From Utricularia gibba (lineage: Eukaryota; Plantae; Magnoliophyta): DNA of 64,000 bases. The stretch is from NCBI GenBank assembly GCA_002189035.1, contig NEEC01000011.1, forward strand, positions 186,001 through 250,000. Direction: 5' to 3'. Below are positions 1 through 11,402 of the stretch, one piece after another. Position 1 is the stretch's first letter. Each line of letters begins with the position of its first letter. Made by a program: the position numbers and the translations under genes. A model generated the notes under the pieces. The model saw only the letters and a list, made by a program, of their open reading frames with translations. It made no database searches and had not been told where the DNA came from.

Positions 1-1739
1 CGATGTCTATGAAAAACCAAATGGATAAATGATAATTGCAAGCATGGAATACATATTTCCTATGTCCCTTTAACTTAGAATCACATAATTTACTTACAAT
101 TCAAATACATTTTAAGCTATATGACTCAACAACCAATGAGTAAATTCAAGTCTGATTTCATTCGTAATGTCTTAAAAACCCTATAAAAACCCCAATCATT
201 GAGATATCTCGCAGTCCTCTCCTCCCATGATTTGTCTGTCAAGAATTTGTAGTTGAGTTTGAATTGCATCGCTTTACAATCTGATTTTTGTAATAGACCA
301 TAAGTAATGTGTTGCTGCTGCATATCCAACAGACTTGAATCCTGAAGATCATGAACTCTTAAATATGAGAACATGTCAATCTACAAAAAAAAATTACATA
401 TTTAATAAGAAATAGTATAATAAAATAATAAATTAAATATATTAATCAATAATAAAAACATATTATTCATAAAAAAATCTTATGTTAATGTAAAAAAAAT
501 TAAAAAAATTCATAAATATCATATGAAAAATTAATAAACAAAATGATTAATCAAATAATAAAAAATAAAATAACTAATTTGATTGTTCTCGTGTAATAAA
601 AAAATTAAAATTTCAAAACTTACGAATATAAAAAATATATATAAAAATTTAATAATCTCATCATTATAATCAAAATATTTTTTATTCAAAATTTTACAAT
701 TACAAAATATGAAGTATGATGAGAATATATATATTAATAAGATAATAAGAGGACGAGTGAGCCTCCCATTGGAAATGAGATGGGAGGGTGGACTCGTTGC
801 CATTGGAAGCCAGAGACATCACTATGGATGGTGCCTTGCAGTAACACATAGCAAGGTGCCATCAATGATGATGCCATGATGTAATTCGTTGTACATTGCT
901 TTTTTTGTTTTAATATTTTTTAAAATATTAATTTTAATAATATATATTTACTCATTTAATTAACAAATTAAAATCCTAATCATTTTCTCATATTTTCATC
1001 TATTCTCACCTTGAATGTTTGATAATTAATTATTGATTGTCATCGTTGTCGGTCATCCAAAATTTGATAATCATTGTTCATTGATTATCACTTTAATTTT
1101 TATTTCTCTTTTTATAAATGTTCAATTTTTGATTAAAAATTATTTTATTTTAATATTTCAAAAATAATTTATATAATTTATATATTATAAATTGAAATTA
1201 ATTTGACACTTATAATTTTTCAAATCAAGTATTGATGTATTCGAATCCATGAATCTAAGAATCTATGCACCCAAACCAATATATCCTAGCTTTGTGGTGA
1301 AAACAATTTCCACTAAATGCATAGTCTTCATTTCAATTTATATAAATTGAAATTACATGCATTCATGAAACACGAAATATTTTTCAAATATTCAAAATGT
1401 ATTAATTTAAATTCAAATAAATATAAACAAGATAATAATTCTGCACTCCAGCCAAATGACCCCTTGGAGGATTATGAGCCAATGTCTAATTATATGAAGG
1501 ATGGCATTCTAAAATGTGTGAAGAGGCAACATGGCTTGAGGTGTGTTGTATATTTTGAAAGAACTAAAGACAACACACATAATAAACGTTTTTTTATTAT
1601 ATTTTGAAATGATAAAATATTAAACAAGAGAGGAAAAGTTATGGGGGTAATCCAACCCATCGGCTACTTATTTAATAAATATATATTTGTTACTATCGTG
1701 TGTGTATATCATATGGAGCGGAGGATCCCGATCTCTTCT

Positions 1740-1760
1740 CTTATCCCGGCTTCCTTATCC
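1740..1760 (-). promoter_or_regulatory. Tandem I-box-like (GGATAAG) motifs upstream of PEX11b
   Basis: CTTATCC at 1740-1746 and 1754-1760, about 120 bp upstream of the ATG. Short motif, so function is inferred only. Confidence 0.25.
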
Positions 1761-1875
1761 CCGAGCCAACCATACACCACATAGCTACCCTTTGGGGTGT
1801 GGCAGCCCCTGAACCCCGGGATCCGAACCACACAAAATCACTTGTGTCTCCACCCCCCATCCCTCACACCACGCC

Positions 1876-2550
1876 ATGAATGACGCAGTGGACAAGCTCG
1901 TGCTCTTCCTCGGAAAGAGAAGCGGGATCGATAAGCTCGTGAAGACCATCCAGTACACTTCCAAATTGGCGCACTGGCACCTGCTCAAGACCCACCCCGA
2001 GATCGCCAACCGGGCCAAACAATGGGAACTCACCGCCGGACTCAGCCGGAAGGCCTATCGCACCGGCCAATTCCTCACTGCCTTCAACGATCTTCGGCGC
2101 AGCCCCGGACGCACACGTCTCCTCCGCACCCTCGCTGTTCTCGGAAACGCCGGCCAGATGGTCTACTACTTATTCGACCACTTGCTCTGGCTCGCGCGAG
2201 TCGGCGTTGTCGACGGCAGAATCGCATCCAGAATGAGCTTCATCTCTGCCTTCGGGGAGGCGCTGTGGTACGTGTTCAACATCACGGCGGATCTGATTTT
2301 GATCACGGCGGGGATCAGGGAAGAGAGGAAGATTATCAAGGGAGGTGACCCAGAAGAGGGGAGGGCGAGAATCGAGAAGATCAAGATGGATCGGGTGATG
2401 AGACTGATGGGCATAGCCGCCGATTCCGCCGATTTTACGATCGCGGTGGCGGAGGTGGAGCCCAACCCATTCTGCAGCCATGTGATTACACTGGGCATCA
2501 GTGGCCTCATCTCTGCTTGGGCCGGCTGGTACCGAAACTGGCCTTCTTAG
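1876..2550 (+). CDS. PEX11B: Peroxisomal membrane protein PEX11b (intronless, 224 aa)
   Basis: Open ATG-to-TAG ORF. N-terminus DKLVLFLGKRSGIDKLVKTIQY and C-terminus HVITLGISGLISAWAGWYRNWPS match the plant PEX11b pattern. Confidence 0.95.
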   Translation: MNDAVDKLVLFLGKRSGIDKLVKTIQYTSKLAHWHLLKTHPEIANRAKQWELTAGLSRKAYRTGQFLTAFNDLRRSPGRTRLLRTLAVLGNAGQMVYYLFDHLLWLARVGVVDGRIASRMSFISAFGEALWYVFNITADLILITAGIREERKIIKGGDPEEGRARIEKIKMDRVMRLMGIAADSADFTIAVAEVEPNPFCSHVITLGISGLISAWAGWYRNWPS

Positions 2551-2624
2551 TTGCGCCTGCCTCTCTCAGTTAACCGTTTCACATGGATGAATGAAATTTT
2601 AAATCGAAATATACACATACATAT

Positions 2625-2644
2625 ATCCATCCATCCATCCATCC
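2625..2644 (+). repeat. (ATCC)5 microsatellite in the PEX11b 3' region
   Basis: Read directly from the sequence. Confidence 0.85.
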
Positions 2645-2769
2645 TGCCCCCTCCCTCTGTGGCGTGGCAGTTGAAACTTGAAACTGTAGCACTGAAACCA
2701 AGTGCGCAGATATACATATATTTTGAAAGAATGTAAAACCAGATAGAAGAGACATGAATGGTGCGGTGC

Positions 2770-4122
2770 GGTGCCACATAGCTGTTACCAATGCTGTGTT
2801 GGATGCAGGCTGAGTTGCCATCCTAACACATGATGCAAAGAAATGTCTGAGAGAGCAGAATAAGCAAAACTGTTGTTAATATCCGCATGAAAGCCCCTCC
2901 TCCACATTACTGGCATTTCATTTTTAGCAGTTAAAGTTTCCATGAAAGGAATTGGAATTCCAACAAATTTTTCAGTCGCATTGTGTGAAAAAAGGTCACA
3001 CGAGCAGAGCAGTGTATTGAATGTGTATGCTCTGCTCTACCTTTGCTGTATCGTATTGACAGATCATTCTTGTTTCCCACCACATCCTTGCTGGCAATGG
3101 CGCTAAATTTCATTCCACCATTGCTTGACATTGTTAAAGCTTTCCTGCTCAGTGACATTATAATTTACAATCTGCAGATAAAGGATGTAATATCAGGCAT
3201 AGGAAGAGCAGCCGAATACAATGAGCCCTAGTAGTAAGTAACTACTCGTTGTGCTTCTGAATCCCATTGCACGCAACAGTATCACCCAGAGACCCTCCAA
3301 ACTACCAAACCAAATCTAATAACTATATATACAAAAACACAGGATCCAATGTTCCATAGAGGCAGGCAACGAATAGCAACAAAACCCAATCCACAAAATG
3401 CGTTAGCATTTTCAAACAACAGGCGAACACAACAACCCAAACACAACCTTACAGTCTGGAGTAGTTTTATAGATTTCTCAATCTTGTTCCTCAGCGTTCG
3501 AATTTTCTGAACGAAAGTTGACAAGTTCAAGCAAATCCAGAACTGATAAAACATACATAAACCCAATCCATACAACCTCAACTCCAATTGTATCATAGCA
3601 CACTCAAAACAAACAATGGTTGGTTGATACCATAGCACATGAATAAAAAAACGACATATCTGGAAAGCGTAACAAAAGTTATAGGCTTACGCCAAGTCTT
3701 AAGAGAAGGCACAACATCATTTTCCCACACCAGAATAGAAGCTTCAACAGGTAGTCGCTGCAATGCAATCAAATTCTAGGATCGCAACATAATGTCCTCA
3801 GCTATTAAATACCCTACCGATAACGATCCAAATTGATCTCCAAAAATTAACAGCATCTAAAAAATGAATGTAGTATCATTTTCATATCTAATCCACCAGA
3901 ATACGTTTGACAAGACAAAATAACCAACGAGATCCCGCGAATTCGTTTTCAATGTAAAAGAAATACTATTCGTAACTGCTCAAAGGAAAGTGCAAGGTGA
4001 TGGATGGATCTAGCAACCACCGTACCCAACCCAGGATCTAAAAATAGCAGTACCACACAACACACAAACTTCCCTTCCCTCCTCGGACAATCAAAAAAAC
4101 GAGTTTACTATTCGTTTTAAAC
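2770..4122 (-). pseudogene. RABD: RabD (Rab1/YPT1-type) small GTPase pseudogene, multi-exon
   Basis: Minus-strand exon remnants in RabD order: GAATA|gt at 4109; 3757-3691 (DYLLKLL..SGVGK..CLLLR, cag|..|gtaag); 3506-3453 (KIRT..IKLLQ, cag|..|gtaag); ~3275-3220 (WD..TSSYY..AH); 3171-3041 (IV.YNVTEQESFNNVKQWWNEI*..VGNKNDL..YDTAK|gt); ~2965-2890 (GIPFMET..NASNVEEAFM); from 2822 (ag|G ATG: MATQPASN). Many indels and an in-frame TAG. Confidence 0.88.
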
Positions 4123-4301
4123 CTGAGAGATTGAATCCTATTCCTTCCCCTCACCCAACCCCAATTCCTCCAGAGAAATCTGCCGAGGGACGGCGGAAAG
4201 CCCTAGGACTCGCGTCAGAACTGCGTACGCGTTGCTATTGTTCTTCTCCAGCCTCAAGGCCCGGTAGAACAGTAGGAACACTGTCAAGGGAAGATCTTCA
4301 G

Positions 4302-4943
4302 GTAGCATCCCCAGAACCATTCCCCAATTCTTTCTTTCGTTGCTAGTGTATGAGTTTTGGTTGTGGATTTTGGATTTTTTTAGCCAAGATTGATCATTTA
4401 GGAACAGATGAGAAGAAGAGCACTCGCGGTGAAGATACTGAACATAAACATCTTCGCTATCTTTGCAACAATGCAGGTTTCACTCGGCAATCCACCTCAG
4501 AAGCATGGTTTAGGAAACCCATTGTGGCACAGATAGGCAAGATGATTATGCATATGGTTTTGATTGGGGTGTTCAGTTTCTTCACCACCACCGCCTGTGC
4601 TCTTCTTCTCATCTGTTCCTAAATGGTCAATCTTGGCTTGCTTCGGGAATGAGTTGACTTGAAGGAACTCTTGAATCAAATCGTAATCTGGGATTTCCCT
4701 GTTAAATTAGGCCTTGAGGGTTCGATAATTCCATGCAACTTGAAGTTTGTGGAACTGACCCCCTTCCTGTTTTGTGATGGCACAGAAGATGTATATATTC
4801 TGAAAGGATTGCCACGAGTCCTTAGGTCACTTACCTGGAAATTCATTAACAATATCCTGTCCTCTTTCCTTTAAAGTTTAAACATTCCCGGTTTTCTGAT
4901 ATGGAGCATCTACAATCTGTATGATTCGTTTCTCCTTTTTCAG
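4302..4943 (+). other. Putative 5'-UTR intron of LIP2
   Basis: Pyrimidine tract plus CAG acceptor (tttctccttttt cag|gac ATG) three bases before the start codon. Candidate donor cag|gtagca at 4302; an alternative donor near 4348 cannot be excluded. Confidence 0.45.
4382..4638. repeat. Long imperfect inverted repeat / fold-back (candidate MIRNA or hpRNA precursor)
   Basis: 4383-4423 is the reverse complement of 4597-4637 with one mismatch. Pairing continues inward with bulges to about 4481/4513, leaving a ~30-nt loop. Confidence 0.9.
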
Positions 4944-4946
4944 GAC

Positions 4947-5650
4947 ATGGCAGCAGTCCGAAGGCTGGTCATACGGAAGATGGGCAACGTCAACTATGCA
5001 GAGGCATTGAACCTCCAAGAGAAGCTGGTCTCAGAGCGGAAGCTGCACAGGATCCCAGACACTCTTCTCTCCTTACAACATCCACCAACTTACACACTGG
5101 GGAAACGGCGTACGGATCACAATCTTCTCAAATCTGAAATGGAGCTAAAAGCCATGGGTGCTGAAGTTCACTACACACAGAGGGGGGAGACGTCACCTTT
5201 CATGGCCCTCACCAGGCAGTTCTGTATCCCATTGTTTCTCTGAAAGAGCTTGGTTTGAAAGCTAGAAAGTACGTGGAGAAGCTGGAATCGACCATGATCG
5301 AACTCGCCTCGTTGTATGGGGTAGGTTGCCGAGCAGGAGGTGCAGGTGGTGAATGGGGTGTTTGGGTTGGGGAGAGAAAGATAGGTGCGATCGGGGTTCG
5401 CATTTCTTCTGGGATTGCTTCTCACGGTCTGGCGTTCAACATCAGTACTGATTTGAGTTATTTCCAGCATATTGTGCCCTGTGGGATTGCAGATAAAGAG
5501 GTAACTTCGTTGGAAAAAGAAGCTAAAGAAGCTCTTCCTTGCGAGCAAGTGATCGAGGACAGGCTCCTGGCTTGTTTTGTCAAAAATTTTGGTTACACCA
5601 ATGTTGTTGTTTCCTCCGATACAATCCATGAGTTCAATCCAAAACCATGA
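4947..5650 (+). CDS. LIP2: Octanoyltransferase LIP2 (LipB family, mitochondrial type) with a 1-nt frameshift at 5182-5187
   Basis: LLSLQHPPTYTLGKRRTDHNLL, then with one extra G RGGDVTFHGPHQAVLYPI, then RKIGAIGVRISSGIASHGLAFNI and IVPCGIADKEVTSL. Gives 234 aa if the G-run were 7 instead of 6. Confidence 0.9.
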
Positions 5651-6641
5651 ATGGATTTTAGGGGTCGTAGGTTTGTCCATACTGTGGATTTGAATTATGT
5701 GGATCTCAAAACATTGTGTATACACCAATGCCCTTGAATACCCTCCTAAATCCACGCCACCTATATTCAGTAGTCACACGTCGCTAATCAATTGCACATG
5801 TGCACACTACGTCTAGGCTTCATGTGCTTATTGCCATTGTAACAATGCATCCGAATGCTTGTTTCCTGATTGTCGTTTTTACACACACGTGTTCCAATGA
5901 TTACGGTGAGTGGTATTACTGCGATAGATATATGTTTTCTATACTAAGGCATGTTCTATACATTGTTTTGTTTTATATTCTCATTTTTTAAGAATAAGAA
6001 TGGCTAAAAGGCTATAACACTAACAACATAAATGTTTTTATTTTTCTTTTTAAAATATCTTTATGTTAATTTAATATCATAAATTATTTGAAAACATGAT
6101 AACCAACGATCAAATTCATATAATATGTTCATCTACATCTTGTAATTCAATTTTCATAATAGAAGAACAAATGGCACAACAAATAGTGTTCTAGATATCA
6201 TATATTGAAATATGCTTGTTTCAATATCATTTTATTCTTCATTATTGACTAAAGATGATTTCTAAGTATAATGATAAATAATTTTATATCGTCTTAAAAC
6301 ATATTTTTTTATCACAATTTATAGTTGTTTGTATCCACTTTATACTTTATTTTCTTATTATTTTTTATTAATTTTCATATTTTATATTCATTTATGATGA
6401 CAATTATGTAAGTACATATAAACTGCCAAAATAATAAATAAAGATCATATTTACAGTAAATTAATTATTTAGAAATAATATAAAAATATTTGATAACAAT
6501 ATATAATAAAACGATTTTAGAAAAAATAAAAATAAAGACTTTGAATCAAAGATCCACTATATTAATACTCACCCATATGTGTGTGTATAACTTGAGTAAT
6601 GGTCTACTTGCTCAAGTTTTAAGAGTGTTATTCTAAAGTAT

Positions 6642-7625
6642 TGATAATACATAAATTTTTTTAATTTTATGCTATGAAAATTATAATCTTTTGATCATGT
6701 TTTAGGTGTTTATTTTATGATTTTAATTATTCTATAAAATTTAGAAAATATGTGATTTTTGTGTGTTGGTGGGCTAAACACAAGGATTTATCTCATTCCA
6801 TGTTCTAACCCAATTGTGATGCTAATAGCAGGTTTCAAAAATCAGGGAAGAAAACGAGGATTTTGTGTAGCGTCGTGTAGCAAGAGGAGCACCATAAAAG
6901 AAGAAGACAATGAGTGCACTTTCATGATGGAAAACTGCAAATCAGAGACAGAAATAGTACAGTTTTCAGAAAACAGTACTTGCTTTGGAAACTAAAAGGA
7001 GAAGATATTTTGGAAGAAAGAAAAGATTAGGGGAGGGAGCTTGAGCAACGAAGAACACACACGTGGAGAGCTCCTTCTACACGAACAACACCAACAACAA
7101 AAAAGAAGAAGGCAATTTTTATGGATAAACACTCTCCAACTTGAAAAACATCATCAAGAACCAGTCCAATGCTATTGTTCTGGGTTATGAACAGTAGCAG
7201 ATGGGGAACAAAACAAGTTTACTTTGTTTTTTTAGTTTGCTGAATTTTTCGTTTCTATGACTAACTATCTTATGATGTTTTTGATGTTTTCACCACTTTA
7301 TCTTAATGATATCATACTTTATTTTTCACATATGAGTAGTTAACTTAAGGATGACTTAAGGTGCAGAATGGTGATGTGGCGCTACAGTTCATAAGACAAT
7401 TGATCATTGTTTCTTAGCTTTTTTTTTTATCGTTTCTTGGATAGACCTAAGGGTGGAAATGGCTTCGCAACTTAGATGCTTAATTTAGAGGTAAATTAAC
7501 AAATCAAAGTGGGAATAGTAGGTGTTAGTCTTGAATAGAACTAGTAGAGTCGGGTAGACCTAATTCTATATATCTCGCACATGAATAGACCGAAGTTTAG
7601 GATGGATGATGAAATTAGAGATTAT
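6642..7625 (+). mobile_element. Truncated Athila-like LTR (family A)
   Basis: Starts TGATAATAC. Shares blocks (tagacctaagg..tagaggta..tagtaggtgttagtc) with 27158-28319 and 49570-50865; 3' end missing. Confidence 0.7.
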
Positions 7626-7833
7626 ATTAATCAAAAACATAATCGTTCGTTGCAGAGGTATGCAATGAGAAACAAGAAGAACTTGATTGGGAATCACACA
7701 TGATGGGAATGTCCACTTTACCCTTTCATAAACAGGGCTGACAAAACTATATAAATAGATCAAAAAATCGAATGATACGTGGCTTTTCCCACCTTTACAT
7801 CTTCCATATTTCCTATCATCACACCAAGCTTCC

Positions 7834-8842
7834 TGTTGCATGTCATTTCCTTAACAAATTTTAATTTAGAAAAATGTAAAACACAAAAGAGTGTATTACA
7901 AGTGTCGATCTCAGGGAGTTGAGTTTTGTAAAAAGTTTTTTGTAGAAAACTTTTACAAATTGTCACAGGTTTGTAAAAGAGGGTTTTTGAAGTGCAGAAA
8001 TAAAAGTTACTACGTAAGTAATGGACCCTGACTAGAATGTAGTTTTTGGGAATGAGATTCCGTTTACTTCTTTTGTCTATACTCGCCTTGGCTTTCATTG
8101 ATTCCTTTTGAATAGTTGGTTATAGAAGCAAGGAATAGCTTACTCTCCCTTACACTCTAATTGACAAGGAGACATGAGAATAACTTTATGTGATTCCCCC
8201 TTGGACGATTGAGAAGACAAGAACATTGTCGTCGATTGCCTTCAAAACTGAATTCTACACGTATGCCCAGCTGTTGCCAATGACCAATGACAGGTATGAG
8301 TTCACTACCTATCCATTGTCACAGTACCTCGGTCACGAACAATTCGCTGCTTCTCTCGAACCGATAGGGATAGAGATGGTTCTTTTTACCTTACTTTTCA
8401 TCAAAATCCACGAGGAGTGGCCGACTACTCATGAACCATGATTAGGAGACGTTATAGAAAGACTACAACAAGACATGTAGAAGTATGCAAAATTCGGAAG
8501 AATTCTAGTATAGAGATGAGATTAATGCTCAAGACTTAGAAGGAAATTTCATCTACTCCCAGAAACTAAAGAGTTTTAGCCATTAATGGCTATGAAAACA
8601 AAGAACAAAAAGGCAAGCTAATCTTCCTCCCTTGGTGGAGAGGAAGAACTAAAAGTGAAGTCTAGAGACAAAGTGAAAAAAAGGTATGAAAGATATTGTT
8701 CCAAGTTTGTTTTATTTCACTCCCCACGTGCATTAACTCCTTCTGGTCCTCTTTCCATCATTCTTTTTATCTTGTGTGCACCACCAGCTTTCTCATGCGT
8801 GCAAGCACGCCAATCATTGCTGCAGGCTCTGACATTCCATAA
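7834..8842 (-). mobile_element. Partial Athila-like LTR (family B1)
   Basis: Collinear with 36454-38811 and the reverse of 43637-44925. Breaks at ccataa (8842). Contains the empty site for the LTR inserted at 37261. Confidence 0.75.
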
Positions 8843-10182
8843 CATGAGGATTAAGATATCTAGACAATTTTTGACGACATCAAATATTGGAAAACCATCT
8901 GGTAAGAATTTTTTTTACACATTTTTTCATTTAATGTTTTCATTAATCTTTTATATTCATGTTATTGTATCCTAAGGTGTCCAATTCTTGGATAAATATG
9001 ATAAAGAATGTCTGAAAGCATTGATAGTGGGAAAGGACATGCAATGGATGGATGTCAAACCACCAATTGTAATTGAAAAAGGTTCATTCTGTATATGGTG
9101 TGGCACTTCTCGAAAGACTGTGCGGACTCAATCTCAAGAGCAAGTGGTCGAAGAAGAGAATTTGACATATAATAGAGCACATGATGAGAACAACATAGGT
9201 TCATCTACTTGATAACAAAAGGAGGAGAATGATATTGCTCAGATGCGTTTACAGTTTCTAGCAACCAAGGATGAGATTGAGGAGCTAAGGGAAACTATCT
9301 ATCATTACGAATCAAGATTTTCAGTATTCATTCCGGAGAATGACAACTTGAGACCTAAGAAATTAATCATCTTAGACATTAACGGTTTGCTAGCAGATGT
9401 TGTGTACATGGATAAGACACGAGCAGCGGGAAGGCCTGATTTCATCGTTGAACGGCGAGCAGGTAAATAGTATAATACATTTTATTATCCTAATGATTTA
9501 TACTTATGATGTTCATTTTCTTACTGTAGTTTTCATAAGACCAAACAGAATTGGTTTCTTGGATTGGTGCATGGAAATGTTCGACATTGCATTTTAGTCT
9601 TCGCATCAAGAGTAAGTTTCACCAATACTCCTACTTTTATATGTCATTGCATTAAAACACTTATAATAACTTTGATTGTTTTGCAGTGATCTTGTGCATA
9701 AAATAATTGACTATATTCTGTCAAGTTGCAGTTGTAAAGAACTTGCATTTTGTTGGGGTATAAGTCAATGCACTGACACTGGAAGATGTATTGATTGATG
9801 ATTCAATCAATAATGCTACAACGTTCAGAAATCATTACAATCCAAGTAACACATTATTGATTGATGATTCACTCAAGAAATCGCTTCTAAATCTGGTAAC
9901 AAACTTATCATTTTCTTCCAATATTCCAGAATATACTAGTGTTGAGTATTTTTACTATATTCAAAGGTAAACAATGCAATATTTTCCTTTTCTTACAAGA
10001 TAACTCAAATGGATGACAATGCATTACATAACAATGGATACATGCGATTGTTTTTGGAAGGATTATATGAAACAGATGATGTGCCTAGCTATGTGGAAAT
10101 GTTTCGATGTGGTCAAGCTTCAATTGAAGAAATTCATGAACATTGGTAGATTTATGAATCTATGAAAAATCAATATATATAG
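8843..10182 (+). pseudogene. NIF/FCP1-like HAD-superfamily phosphatase pseudogene, copy 1
   Basis: Spliced reading gives GKPSG|V..DVKPP..FCIWCGT..RPKKLIILDINGLLADVV..RRA|VFIRPNRIGFLDWCMEMFDIAF*SS..FCWGISQCTDTG..YNPSNTLLIDDS..VNNAIF..DDNAL..YMRLFLEGL..DDVPSYV. GT-AG introns at 8902-8976, 9463-9529 and 9612-9686. Stops at 9210-9215 and 9595-9597. Confidence 0.85.
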
Positions 10183-10324
10183 TATGCTTTATGGAGTATG
10201 TTATCATTTTGGAAATAAAATTTTTGTAAAAGATATATATCAATTAAAAGAATGTTAACATGTAATACTTAAAAATAATATACAAGTAATACAATGGTTT
10301 GATCATATTTTTGATTATATAAGG

Positions 10325-11390
10325 ATACAATGATTATAATCATGAAATATTATATTGTTTGTAAATATGTAGAAATTTGAAAAAAATTACATTTATTAAT
10401 TTTAATTCCTACATACTTATTATCATTAATAACTCTTTATTTATTTATCTTTAATACTATTTTAAATACAAAATGTAGTATTTATATTAGTTACAAAATA
10501 AAATATAGAGATATAAAGAAATATTAATCCATAAAATTTATATGAACAAGAATAAAAATACAATGAGTATAATCATGAAATTATATTATTTGCAATATAT
10601 AGAAATTAAAAAAATATTTAATAATTTTATTACTTGTTTAATTATTATCGTATATAATCTGTTATTTATTTATCTTTAACACTATTCTAAACTTTATAAT
10701 AGTTGTTCGAATTTTTATTAAATTCATTGTTTGATAACAGAAATTTATATAAATATTTATTATCTCTAAAAAAGGAGAAGTTCATTCTCTTAATCTTTAT
10801 TATCATCTTAATTTGTATACAAATATTCTTGGTTTATATTTAGATTTTTACATTTACAATTTTAAAAAATTTTGTTTTCAAAATGCATTATTTATAGTAA
10901 TTACAAAATAAAACATAGAGATATAAAGAAATATTAATCCGTAAAATTTACATGAATAGGAATAAAAATACAAGATTATAATCAATAAATATTATATTAT
11001 TTACAATATATAGAAATTTAAAAATATTATATTTAATAATTTTATTTCTTATATAGTTATTATCTTATATAATCTTTTATTTATTTATCTTTAACACTAT
11101 TTTTAAACTTTATAGTAGTTGTACAAATTTTTATTAAATTTTTTGTTTGATAAGAGAAATTTATACAAATATTTGTTATTTCATAAAAAAAAAAAGAGAA
11201 GTTCATTCTATTAATCTTTACTCACTATCTTAATTTGCATATAAATATTCTTGGTTTATATTTAAATTTTTACGTTTAGAATTGTTATAAAAAATTTTTT
11301 CAAAATGTATTATTTGTATTAACTATATAGTAAAACGTAGAAATATAAATCCATTAAATTTATATGAACAAGAATAGGAATACCACAACA
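10325..11390. repeat. AT-rich tandem repeat, unit about 410-420 bp, about 2.5 copies
   Basis: Anchor atagagatataaagaaatattaatcc at 10505 and 10915, with a variant at 11337. Internal blocks such as gagaagttcattct recur in phase. Confidence 0.85.
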
Positions 11391-11402
11391 TAATTCATGA
11401 TT

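Noticed and set aside
1-1650. ORFs 126-374 and 1317-1607, and small hairpins at about 750-865
   Set aside because: No recognisable family; likely decayed TE or MITE sequence, with boundaries not definable.
1785-2510. Overlapping alternative-frame and antisense ORFs on PEX11b (similar ones overlap the LRR-RLK and Tat gag)
   Set aside because: Shadow ORFs of GC-rich coding sequence.
4381-4423. Hairpin arm as miR169 (TAGCCAAG start) or miR156/535 (..GAGCAC end)
   Set aside because: Only 8 nt (miR169) or a short motif matches; too many differences from the mature sequences as remembered to assign a family.
7900-8450. Recurrent 'MIPPW..' ORF (also near 36800 and 44340-44570)
   Set aside because: Lies inside family B1 LTR copies, and stops differ between copies.
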